Source: Vicugna vicugna (taxonomy: Eukaryota). From it: a DNA stretch of 64,000 nucleotides. Of this stretch, positions 1 to 11,991 are shown piece by piece. Position 1 is the first letter of the stretch. Each line of letters opens with the position of its first letter. The DNA is taken from NCBI GenBank assembly GCA_013265495.1, contig MU058449.1, positions 544,176 through 608,175 on the forward strand, in the 5' to 3' direction. Position numbers and translations under genes: made by a program. The notes beneath the pieces are model-generated. The model had not been told where the DNA came from. It did not search any database and was given only the letters and a program-made list of their open reading frames with translations.

Positions 1-588
1 TCTGCAGTGACTGCCCTTACAAATACAAAAATAATTTGAAAATCAAGGGATTTTTTAAAAGATATTTAAATAACCAACAATCTAGCAGGGGACAGCACTA
101 AGAGTAGTTTGGTTTTGAGAAGATCATACTTTTGTGAGAATTCCAACAAGTAGGAAGAAATTAAATTTTGAGACTCCTCTGCCTTCACATAGTGTCATTC
201 TGTAAATCATATATTCTAACCAACATCTTATCTAGAATATGAAAGCAAGAACTCATAGAGGAGTCCAGATTAATTGATTAGGGTCTACTAGTATGTTACT
301 AGTAGAAAAAGAAACCAGCTTTTCATCTGATTGCAAAATATATTCCTGGTTTCTCTATAGGAAAAAAATGGCCAGAAGTACTTCTTTAAATCTATGATCC
401 AGGAAATTCCAGTCTAAAGTGAAAGCCACTTCTCACTATATAGTCACATAAATAATTTGTTCTATCAAAAGACAGTTGAAAAAACCCAGAAAGTTCAGAA
501 CTGCTTTTTTTCTACTAAATTTCCAGATATTCACATTTTATCTACTCAAGACTTTCTGTGACTCGCTGCAGAGCCCTCTAAACTGATC

Positions 589-1551
589 ATGTCCATTATC
601 AACATGTCACATGTTGAAATCACCACATTCTTCTTGTTTGGGATGCCAAGGCTGGAATATGCACACATCTGGATCTCTATTCCTGTCTGCAGCATGTACC
701 TTGTTGCTATTCTGGGAAACTGCACCATCCTTTTCATCATCAAGACAGAACCCTCACTGCATGATCCCATGTACTATTTCCTTTCCATGTTGGCCCTGTC
801 TGACATGAGCTTGTCCTTTTCCTCTCTTCCCACTATGTTGAGGATCTTCTTATTCAAGGCTTCTGAAATCTCTGCTAATGCCTGCTTTTCCCAGAAATTC
901 TTCATCCATGGATTCACAGCACTGGAGTCCTCAGTGCTCCTGATCATGTCGTTTGACCGCTTCCTCACCATCCACAACCCTCTAAGATACAGCTCCATTC
1001 TTACAACTGTCAGAGCTGCCCAAATAGGAGTGGTATGCTTTTTCAAGAGCTTCCTCCTGGTTCTTCCCTTCCCCTTCACTTTGAGAAGGTTGAAATATTG
1101 TAAGAAAAGCCAATTATCCCATTCCTACTGTCTCCACCAGGATGTCATGAAGTTGGCCTGCTCTGACAACAGAATTGATGTCATTTATGGCTTTTTTGGG
1201 GCACTCTGCCTTATGGTAGATTTTATGCTCATTGCTGTATCTTACATTCTGATCCTCAAGACTGTGCTGGGAATTGCATCCCAAAAGGAGCAGCTCAAGG
1301 CCCTCAATACTTGTGTTTCACACATCTGTGCAGTGACCATCTTCTATCTGCCCATCATCAACCTCGCCATTGTCCATCACTTTGCCCGGGATGTCTCTCC
1401 CCTCTTCAATGTTCTTATGGCAAATGTTCTTCTACTCGTGCGTCCACTTATGAATCCCATTGTGTACTGTGTGAAAACTAGGCAGATTAAGTCAGAAGCA
1501 AATATAACAGTCATATATAGTAGAAAACATCTGGGGGGAATGTCTCAGTAA
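589..1551 (+). CDS. OR51A4: Olfactory receptor OR51A2/OR51A4-like (320 aa ORF; C-terminus frameshifted, probably non-functional)
   Basis: Single-exon 7TM ORF with class I OR motifs LHDPMYYFL, MSFDRF, SHSYCLHQD, KALNTCVSH, PLMNPIVY. The N-terminus MSIINMSHVEITTFFL resembles human OR51A2/A4 as recalled; the two cannot be told apart here. The tail after KTRQI is non-canonical. Confidence 0.85.
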   Translation: MSIINMSHVEITTFFLFGMPRLEYAHIWISIPVCSMYLVAILGNCTILFIIKTEPSLHDPMYYFLSMLALSDMSLSFSSLPTMLRIFLFKASEISANACFSQKFFIHGFTALESSVLLIMSFDRFLTIHNPLRYSSILTTVRAAQIGVVCFFKSFLLVLPFPFTLRRLKYCKKSQLSHSYCLHQDVMKLACSDNRIDVIYGFFGALCLMVDFMLIAVSYILILKTVLGIASQKEQLKALNTCVSHICAVTIFYLPIINLAIVHHFARDVSPLFNVLMANVLLLVRPLMNPIVYCVKTRQIKSEANITVIYSRKHLGGMSQ

Positions 1552-3480
1552 GAGATTAAAGGTAAGTTTGGGAAAACCTAATATTTGGTACAAATGGTCA
1601 ATATATTTTTATTGTTATTGTCATCAGATTTATTTCAATCAAACTGTATATTGAAGGTGGGCATAAAATAGGAAATGGAGTTCATTCTGGGGTGTCTCCA
1701 TCCTAATTAATAAAAAAAAAGATGCCTTATGAAGTCATCTTTGATAAAAGCAACAAATTATAGTCAACACTGACAACAGTAATGTTTGTCCTTGTGACAG
1801 ATTTTGATTCCTCATTCTAAGATTCCATCTATCTGTTAAGTTCTTTTGATTCTAGACCCAAATTATATCTCAAGTCTACCTCCTCATTCTCTCCATTTTA
1901 ATCATCCTTGTATGTCACCAGCACTTCTTTCATGAAATGCTGCAGTAAATTCTTTAGTTTCTTAATGTGTACTCTTACTACTTTCTAACTGATTTTCTGT
2001 GCAAGATGAAAATGATCTTTTTAAAAGACAAATTGAATGATGTAAGGTCTCTTTTAAATATAAACTTTTACTTCTCTGAGAATAGAATTAAAGCAATGAA
2101 GTACACACCACCAGATGACACATGTTCTTTACCTGCTCTACCTCTCCAACATTACCAGATAATCAAACTCTAGTTACATTGGCCTTCTCATAATTCATTG
2201 AATTTGTAAATTTTTCTGTTTTGTATAACTTTTCACATCTGAACCTTTTTCTTAGAATGCTATATATAACTCATTTCTATTCACTTTTTTAAAGGTTTCC
2301 ACTTAATTTCATCATAGATTGCCTATCACCCTCAGTTCAAATTATGACCCTCTCTTTTTATTGATCTCTTTTTTTGCTTGTTTGTTCTTTATTCTTCATT
2401 ATATTCATTATTATGAGTATAATGTATTAAATATAATGTATGTTTATTTCTTTTCTTTCTACTTCCCAAATAGAGTGTACTATCATTGAAGGGAGAGACC
2501 ATACTTACTTTCTTTCTGTCTGTGTGCCTAACATCTAGGATTTGCTGACACAGAGTATATCTCCAATAAATAATTGTTAACAAATGAATGTGAAAATGAG
2601 GCTATGTTGAGGAAGATGAAATTGTTGAAGAGTTCAGTAATACTCCATCCATATGGGATATAACTTTCTTAAGTTTGTATCAAGGACAGGCATATCATAA
2701 ATAGGCAAATTTACCGAGGCCCTTTCCTTAGAATCTTCCCACAGAGATGATCTCGTAAGCACAAGAGCTCAGGAAAGTTGGAAGCCTGCTAATTTCTAGA
2801 CTTCCATCCAGTTGTAATGTGCAAAAACAATTGTTATATTGCATTAAACTAAAGACAGTACTGATTATCACCTGCATTCCAATTTCAGAGATATTAAAAT
2901 GTGAAGAATGTGCATCTTAGAACACACAAAATATATTATTATTTATTTATGGAAGTTGCTCCTGGTCATTTTGAATAAGAGCTCTTTCAGATGAGGATCC
3001 TCCAAATCTTAAGGTCAACAATGGCAAGAGACTCAGAAATTAATGCCTCAGTTTCTTGCACACATTTAAAAAAGTTTCTTTGCATTGTTCTTTCTCCTTC
3101 TTCTTATATCTTTTTTTTTTTTTTTGCCCCTGTCATTCACACTCTATTTCTATTTCTGTGTGGCCATTTCACAATCAATTTTTTTTCCACGAGACCCTTA
3201 ATTTTCAGCTGGAGATGTTTTCCTATAATTTGTTTTTTGCTATCTTAAGCTGTTTCATAAATTGCTGTTTCCAGAAACTGTGCAAAGATTCTCATTATAA
3301 GCCTCTGTTAGAGTGCTCATTGGTGGCATGCATATTTAATGATGTAGCATTAGTTTCTTCAAAAGCTATTTGTTAAATACCTACTTTGTTTCAGTCACTT
3401 TACTACATGCTTGTGAAAAAATGATTAATGCCATGAGAAAATACTGTATAACACATTTTAACTGAGTATCATCAACCCAG

Positions 3481-4363
3481 TGTATTGAACTGTAGTATAA
3501 CCCTGACAGTTGATGTTTTTCTCTCACATAATGCAAGTGTCTGACTTAAGCTATGATTACAAGAGACATCTTCAAAGAGGAATGTCTCTAATGGACACAT
3601 TTGCCAGCCACACAACTAGAAAAGCCAGGCCAATCCCTTCCCCCAATCAGGCCACTTTGTTTTAGAGATGTTGCTTGATTTCAATAGTTGACCGTTTGGA
3701 GTCCTTGTTTTTTCCTTTTCTCCCACTATAAATTCCCACTCCTGTGTTTTAAATTCACTAATAAAAAGTGAGTCTGATAGACTCATGGACATAGAAAACA
3801 AACTATGGTTACCAAAGGGGAAAGGGTGGGGGAAGGATAACTAGGAGTTGGGGATTAACAGACACACACCACTGTATATAAAATAGATGAACAACAAGGA
3901 CCTACTGTATAGCACAGGGAACTATATTCAATTTCTTGTAATAACCTATAGTGGAAAAGAATTTGAAAAGAAAAAAAATATATATATATGTATGTGTATG
4001 TATAACTGAATCACTTTACTATACACCTGAAACTAACACTGTAAATCAACTACACGTCAATAAAAAATTTTTTTTAAATACGAAAGGAAAAAAAAAGTGA
4101 GTTTGATAAACATTAAGGCTCCCACCATCAACACCAATAAACTCAGAACCCAGGTCTGTTTCTCTCTCTCTCTCTCCCCCAGTGTCCTCACTGTGTGGCC
4201 CCAGGTATGCCATGTAATTTCTAAGACTTTTAAGTAATAAAACTCTTTTTTTCCCAAAGTTTCCTCATGGTTATTGCTGAGGGCATCCTGAAATCATAAT
4301 AACTGCAAGGACCAGTCTAGCCACGAACATTGGTTATTGATAGTAAGAGGTCAGCACAAAACA
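3481..4363 (+). mobile_element. Probable old ERV-type solo LTR interrupted by an L1 3' end
   Basis: LTR-like organisation (AATAAA motifs, pyrimidine-rich R-like stretch, ends ..CACAAAACA). Left boundary uncertain. Confidence 0.4.
3780..4091 (+). mobile_element. 5'-truncated L1 (3' UTR and A-rich tail) with 17-bp TSD
   Basis: Typical laurasiatherian L1 3' UTR (gactcatggacatagaaaacaaactatggttacc..). TSD aaaaagtgagt(c/t)tgata at 3763-3779 and 4092-4108. Confidence 0.9.
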
Positions 4364-4574
4364 ATAATTGAATGTATCATCATTTCTCAGTAATTCGAAA
4401 TCCCATACATACCACATACCACATATTAAACATGTATATTATATCTGTGCATGTGTGTGTCTGTGCATGAGTGTTCCCCGTGTGTTTCTGAAGTAGATAG
4501 GCCTGAACATTTTCTTCTTTTGATTTTTGTAAGATCATTGCCATTCTTCAACTATATCAGAATTTTTAAAAATA

Positions 4575-4900
4575 CACATTTAAATCATTTACAATTAGAA
4601 TAAACTAAAAAGATATCATTTCAATAGAAGTTAAAAAAAAGTTCAATAAAATATGATAGCCATGCATAATTTTAAAAGATTCTTAGAACGCAAGGAGTAT
4701 GAAAGAACTGATTTCATGTTAAATAGTGAAAATTAAACTCCTCCCTCAAAGCAAAGAATAAACCTAAAAGTCAGTGACAAAATATTAAGATAGCCCTTTA
4801 AAATTCAAGAAAAGACCAAGATTCCCTATATTATTATCTATATTCAGTTTTGATTCAGGCCTTAGAACACTAAAATAAGTGAGAAAATAACCAGAATGGG
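4575..4900 (+). mobile_element. Ancient L1 ORF2 fragment
   Basis: A-rich degenerate similarity to the L1 RT region (atcatttcaatagaagtt..aaaagttcaataaaat). Confidence 0.5.
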
Positions 4901-5201
4901 ACATACAGCTGATATACAAGAATTCCTGCAGAGAATCCCAGATAAAAAACGAACAAATAATTCAAAAGGAAAATAATAATAAATTTTAAAATATAAGACA
5001 AACTACACTGATTTTAACACAACATACATGCTCGTTAGTCACTCTAATTGAAGAGAGACAATTTTTATCAGTTACATTTACTTGACTATTATCTTTAAGT
5101 TTTTCCTTTTTCCTTGATGAAACAAATCACTCCCAAGCAAATCCAACATGACTGACAGATTTGCTTCCATCTACCAAAACCATGTAGTAGGAGACAAAAG
5201 T

Positions 5202-5365
5202 AGCATGTTTCAAAGGGTGGTCTTTGGACCACCAACATAGGCATCACCTGGGAGCTTGTTAAACATATAGTAATTTATGATCCACTGAAGTATCTTGAAT
5301 GAAAATGTTCATTTTAACAAAATTTTCTAGTGATTCATCTTCACATTGAAGTTTAAAAGACACTT
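5202..5365. mobile_element. MER5A-like hAT-Charlie MITE
   Basis: Motifs atcacctgggagcttgttaaa, ttttaacaa..tagtgattc, aagttt..agacact. Confidence 0.75.
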
Positions 5366-6599
5366 CACTAAACCACTTCTTTATTGCCAAATGTAGAGAA
5401 TTTGTGTGTGATTGTGTATTGTGAAGGTTGAAAGACTTGCAAAGATCCTAAACAAAAAGTGAAAGCCACAGTGAATTTGTTTCTCTCTAATTTCTGAATT
5501 TCTAATTATATCATAGGTTATTATATTTGAGAAATTAAATATGATTTACACTGCAAAGATTGGTTGGTCACATGTGATTGCTGACCTATGGTTTGCTCCT
5601 GTTTATTCCAAAGAGAATCCCTGCCTACAAGTAAGTATAGTGTAAATCTACATAGCCTAACATGGCTGACTGCATCAATTGAATAAACAGGATTGAGTAA
5701 GAGACTAAAGAGACAAGCAGTAAAGTGGGAGAACATAAATGCTATACATCACCAACAAGTGGCTGAGCCTATATTTATTAAAACACTTCTGTAAATCAAT
5801 TATGGAAAGACAAACAATCCAATGGAAAATGGGCAAATGGCTTCAGTAGATGCTTCAAAAATAAGAAATAAAAATGACCAATAAACATATGATAGAGAAA
5901 TATAATTTCATGTCAGAAGAAAATTAATATACAATATTGGTAGCCTGATCTCTTTCAGAACTTGAGATTCTAAATACCTAGCTGATTTGTCCCAAGATAT
6001 GTTGGCAAATGAGCCAAGGGAAAGATTTGATGAATGGCTGTTGAATTTTAATATGGCCTCCAAGATTTTATCATGCTCAGTTTCCTCAATCTGAGCCTGC
6101 ATTATGAGCTCAGTCTTAGATCACTGACCCTTGAGACAACCCTTTAGAAGATTTCCATGAAGTATGGTGTTATTCATCAGGCACCTCTTGCTTGTCGTCA
6201 ACCCCACGGGTTCTCTAGGCTTTATAAGACAGTGCCTACAAAGCAGAAAAGGGGAGTCTAAAGGATACTTCCCAGCTTCTAATCTCTTTCTTACTTTAGG
6301 GTGAACTGTCATCTTGGTGGAAAAGAGTCACAAAGGAGGTAAGATATAATTCTACTCTTTCAGAATATTTAATATAATTTGCATTCTGTTTTCTATCTCA
6401 TTGGATCCTGAAGAGATTTAAAACAAAAACAAATCAAGAGATGCCCACGGAGCCTGAGAATCTTATAGAACTACCAAGAAGAGATAGAATGTACACGTTG
6501 GTGGGGGTATGTGTCCAGAGATGTTTTAGAAATCCCCAGTCTGAATGATACATGTGACAAGGTATGTGTCTCAAACATCACATGATTCATTTTCTTTAC

Positions 6600-6745
6600 G
6601 TCTCCTGGCAGGTAGATGCATGACCTTGGACAAATTATTATACCTCTAAGAACTATTGTCTTCCCTATAAAGGGAAAAAGATAATCACATGAGAACAGAA
6701 ATGAGAAAATCTATGTAAGTCATTTAGCAAGATGTCATATTACTA
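6600..6745 (+). mobile_element. MIR SINE fragment
   Basis: tgaccttggacaaatta..cctct core followed by atgtaagtcatttagca. Confidence 0.65.
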
Positions 6746-8538
6746 TATAAATTATAAAATAAGGATAAATATATAATAAAATAATTAAATTTATGTGTGC
6801 TTATCCTATAAGTTAAAATTAAATCTCAGTAGTGACTACCTCTGAAAAACAATGCAGTCATCAAGCAATGCTGAGTAAAAGGCCACAACACAAATGGCCA
6901 CAGATAATTTTAGCCTTATCTAGCACAGTCAGAAAAGCAAGTTCTATGGCTCAGATAAGGAGTTTCAGAAGATGGGTAAACTCATAATATGATGGATATC
7001 ATGGATTTATCCGCACCCTTGGCCTTTCTCTTAAGTTCCAAACACTTATCTTTAAGCTACAGATCCCCAAGGAAACCAGGTCCTTGAACAGTACTCCTGG
7101 GTGTTCATCCATTTAGAAGTTGGGAAGAAGAGCAAAATACAGCAAAGGAGCAGTCGGCATAGTACAGAAACATTAAGAGATTATATTTTCTTAAAAGCTA
7201 ATGTTCTTCCATACTCTCAATATTCTTAGAAAAATCTAAGAGTCAACCCTGACAGGTAATTAAAAATGAAGGAGATTAAGTGGATAATTAAAGTAGAGAG
7301 TCAATAATTCCTAGATCATTAACAAAATGGAAATGAAAACTGTAAAGATAATGACTTTGGAAAAGGTAGACACTCTGTGGACAAACTTCCAAGGAACTGT
7401 GTTTTCATATAATAAGAAGAACCAGTGTTTTGTGTTGTTTGAGGAGCACCAAATGAGGAATCTAAAAAAAACAAAACAAAAACAAAAACCACAAGCAATC
7501 AAAATTCACAGAAATGTTATTTGATAGAATAGATGATGTTCAGTCTAAAAAGGTATAGCTAATAATGGAAGAAATCATTACTTGTCTTCAACTTCAGGAA
7601 ATTACATTCAATTAAATAAACAATTATGAAGCTACTTATTTTCCACTTACTATGCTAAGCTCTGGAATTGCAGTAGTGAACAATATGACCCAGATTCCCT
7701 ACCCTTATATTCTAGCAGTGGGAGAAGACAGATATCAATTATGTAATAATAATAGAAATCATAAAGAAACTATTTTGTGTAAATGGGACTAGATTCTGCA
7801 CCTGCAAAGAAAAAAAAAAGATGAAAACTTTTAAAAACATTTATCAACTTAATTCAAGGAAGAAAAACAATATGAGTATTCAAGCATGAAGGCAAAACTT
7901 CAGGTAGCAGTTAATACACCAACACTGTGAATAAGCTAGGATATGTTAGTTGATAGTGACCAATGATTTAAAGTGGTTCTGTATAGACAGGAGAGTAAGA
8001 CTGCATATTTTCTAGAGGATTTTAACTCTAAGACCTTCAGTTCTGCCATTACTTCAAATGTTAATCCTACTTGAGATATACAGATTTCAATATAGGTATA
8101 GTTTATGAATCCTTCCCCATTCATAGTAAACTTTGCTTTTCCCTTCAAGATTTTGCTTTTATAAAACTGAGATAAGAGAACCATAAAATCATAGAGCTGG
8201 TTTTGTGAAATTCAGCCATGGGTAGCTGCAGGTTGTGAAAGGATTGTCTGGAATTGTTAATTGTGCAAAGTCCAAATTGATTAACCCTTTAACAAAATAG
8301 AAACAAATACCCTGGATGAAGAAGCAAATTAGATTCTTCTCATTATTTCTGTGTTTGACTTTTCTTACAGCCTGAACTGACAGTAGAAATATAGACCATT
8401 TTAAGAAGTCTCTGATAGTCTTCTTAGTATCTATGATCTACATTGTGCCAAAAAGAGACATCTTCTGCCATAACTTTATTTAGGAAATTTCCAACTCCAC
8501 TGAGGTAAGCACCTGGCTAAATATCTTTTCCATGTGTC

Positions 8539-9483
8539 ATGTCTCCTCTTAACCACACGAACACTGAAGTTCTTAGATTCCTCCTTATCGGTATCCCTGG
8601 ACTGGAGAAGGATCACATCTGGATATCTATTCCTTTCTCATCTGTATACCTTCTTTCTCTCCTGGGTAACCTTGCCATCCTCTTCTTTATCAAGATGGAG
8701 CCAAGTCTCCATGAACCCATGTACTATTTCCTTTCCATGCTCTCCATCTCTGACCTAGGGTTGTCCCTCTCTTCCTTACCCACTATTCTGGGACTATTCC
8801 TGTTTGGTGTCCATGAAATTCATGCAGCTGTATGCTTTGCCCAGGAGTTCTTTATCCATCTATTCACAGTTACTGAAGCCTCTGTGCTATCTGTAATGGC
8901 ATTTGACTGATATGTGGCCATCCACAACCCTCTGAGATACAGCACAACCTTAACCAGTTCCCGAGTCATCAAAACAGGGGTCTTACTGACATCCAAAAAC
9001 ATTATCTTGATTCTTCCACTACCCTTTCTGCTGCAACGGCTGACATACTGTCATCAAAACCTGCTCTCACACTCCTGCTGTCTCCACCAGGATGTCATGA
9101 AGCTGACCTGCTCTGACAACAGAGTTAACATTGTCTATGGACTCTTTGCTGCCCTTTCTACTATTCTGGATTTGTTGTTTATTACTTTCTCCTACATAAT
9201 AATCTTAAAGACAGTACTGGGCATTGCAACCCCCAAAGAGCAGCTTAAGGCCCTCAACACCTGCATCTCTCATATCTGTGCTGTGCTCATCTTCTATGTG
9301 CCCATGCTAAGTGCAGCCATGCTCCACCGTTTTGCCAGGGGTGTGTCTCCTATGATCCATATTCTCATGGCTGATGTGTTCCTACTGGTGCCACCCCTGA
9401 TGAATCCCATCGTGTACTGTGTGAAGACCCATCAAATCCAAAAAAGATTATGGGGAAACTTTGTCCAAAAAGAAGTTGATTAA
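8539..9483 (+). pseudogene. OR51A-subfamily pseudogene (OR51A3P-like by position)
   Basis: Continuous OR reading frame broken by TGA at 8908-8910, replacing the Arg of the DRY motif. An apparent 1-bp loss in the A-run at 9440-9445 shifts the terminus; the alternative frame reads IMGKLCPKRS-stop. Confidence 0.9.
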
Positions 9484-9579
9484 AGGAGTGAGAAAAGGAA
9501 CATATTTATAAGCAATAAATAAATAAACATTGAATATTTAACTGAGGGAAAGCATAATGTAGAAGACAGAGCTCACAGA

Positions 9580-9646
9580 GTGAATAGCTTTTATTTATTT
9601 ATTTATTTATTTATTTATTTTTTTTTTCATAGGTGAATAGCTTTTA
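9580..9646 (-). repeat. (TTTA)n/poly-T tract flanked by 14-bp direct repeat (tail-only retro-insertion)
   Basis: gtgaatagctttta at 9580-9593 and 9633-9646. Confidence 0.8.
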
Positions 9647-10657
9647 ATACTAAGTATGCTTAGTACCCTCAGTATCTCTGAGAGCTTGGGAAAATTACTT
9701 CAGTTCCCTGATTTTCAGATTGGACATTGAAAAATTCGAGGCTTCAAAGACTGGAAGCCTCTACTTCTTCCTTTTAAGAACAGATACCAGTAAAATAATA
9801 TAAAACTTACTGATGTCAATGTCCGTATTAAAAGTGAAAAAAAAAGTTTCCGTACTTTCTTTCACTTTCCTAGCTAATAAAATTCTAATAAAAGAAAGAC
9901 TAAAATATTTCTTCTGTTTTTCTGAAGTTTCATGATGATGTAGCGATCTAATTCCTGAATGCCAAAGCTTCCTATACATATTCACTGATTTAAAAATCTA
10001 TACATCAACAACATATTTGGATATAAATTCAAACTAGAAATGCTATTATTCTGTTGCCATATGAGTCAATGAGATTATTACCAAGGGTATTTTTTTTAAA
10101 AAAGCTTCAATGACCATAGATTCATTATTTATTTTAGAGTAGTTTGAAAAACAATAATAATAGACATAAATTTCTCTTTTTTATCTGTGCCTGCTCAGCT
10201 CTGGCAATTGTTCTGAAAACCTCGTTCCCATATATATCTTGCTTCCACTTGTTAGAATCAGCTAATTCTAACCATGTATGAAGGAGAATCTTTTCATGAT
10301 TTAAAGAAAATTTTGCAAAGATCTTACTATTTCCCTCAATCTTTTATTAAGCTAAGATCACACTTTGTCAGTACAAAGACTTCCCTGACCATCTCCAGCC
10401 TAGATAGATATTTTTAACTTCTGAACATCAGACATCAATCTGTCTAATTGACATCTCATATATCATATATATTGTCTTGTTATATATCTATATCTTAGGT
10501 ATCCTAGATGTGCCTAGAATAGTAGGTATCATTTGTGTATACATACTTATTTTTTATAATATCTTTACAAGTACTGTGTGTCAGAATCTGAGCTCCAGGA
10601 AATTAGTGACTGTCGTGTTCACTGCTTTATACCAGCTACTAGCAAGTGGCTCAAGTA

Positions 10658-10916
10658 TTTTCTTTGATTGAAGTATAGTTGATTTACAGTGTTGTATTAG
10701 TTTCTGATGTACAGCCTAGTGATTCAGTTATGCATATATATATTCTTTTTCATATTTTTTCATTATATAGTTTATTACAAGATACTGAAAACAGTTCACT
10801 GTGCTATACAGTAGGACCTTGTTGTTTACCTATTTTATATATAGTAGTGTGTATCTGCTAATCTCAACCTCCTAATTTACCCCTCACCAATGCCTTTTCC
10901 CTTTTGTAATCATAAA
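10658..10916 (-). mobile_element. 5'-truncated L1 3' end
   Basis: Reverse complement of the same L1 3' UTR type as 3780-4091 (ttgaagtatagttgatttaca..gtgctatacagtaggacc). Confidence 0.85.
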
Positions 10917-11084
10917 TTAAATAATCTGTATCCATGTACAAGCTCTGTTTGCAAGCTTTGAATTAGCAAGTGATTTATGTTGGCTAAAAGAAATCAAAGC
11001 TAAAGTTTTGGTACTCCAGTGTATCAATGCTTTGGTTAAAGATGTCTAAGTTCCTTTGAACAAAATATGTAAAAGTAGTTTAGA

Positions 11085-11460
11085 GGATGTGTTCTCTGGG
11101 AAGCAAATGTTCAGACAGAGTTAGTACGCAGAGTTTATGTGAAGGAGAAGGGTTAAAATTAGGATTGGGTAGCGGGAGCTACTAGACCATGATGCAGATA
11201 TAGTGAAGTCTCTGCTAGACCTAATGGGAGCTCCGGAGCAGAGATTGATGTATGAAGGAGTCCCCCACTGATCAGAAAGGGCCAAGTACATATACCACCA
11301 TTTGCTCATTCATTATCGGGTCACCCAAAGACTGTGGCTGCAGCTGGAAATCTAAGGTAGACCCTGAAGCATTCTTCAGCTGGCCACACTCCTTGCAACT
11401 AGATAACCACTTATTTCTTCAGATGGGATCTGAAAAGTGTGTATTTACATCTGTTACACC
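11085..11460. mobile_element. Old ERVL/MaLR-type LTR
   Basis: gttctctgggaagca..agacagag..gtttat and aatgggagctccggagc motifs recalled from old ERVL/MaLR LTRs. Confidence 0.5.
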
Positions 11461-11991
11461 AAATTGGGCTGGTTTACCAAACATTCCTTCAGAGGCTCAC
11501 CTTTCTTTAAAATCTAATTGAAGGTGATCGGTCAGTAAAAGAGAACGCTGATCATTCTTTTACTATAATGCTGAAGTTTTTATTTTTTTAAATTGAATAT
11601 CAGCTTTGTCTCAAAAGTTTCCTAATTCAGTTCCTCAAAATGTGTATGTAAAAAGAAAATAGACTGGAAGAAGAATTGCTGGGATATAATCATGAACTGT
11701 GTTTGCACCACAATCATTCCAAAAACATGACTGAATAAAAGTTTCTTAATTTCACAAGAACATTGTTTTTACCACATTGTTGTCCTGTAACAAAATACGT
11801 ATTTATATCATATCTACATTTAAAAATAAATGTATCTCAAATGTTGAGCTTCTTAACTGGATTCAAGATAGCATTCACAATAAGACTATGTGTTGTACAG
11901 AATAAAATCTGAACAGAATACATGTTCAAAAACTTTACTTTGAGTCATGAATTGGAATAACTAAACAACTTGTATAATTAATTGATTTTCA

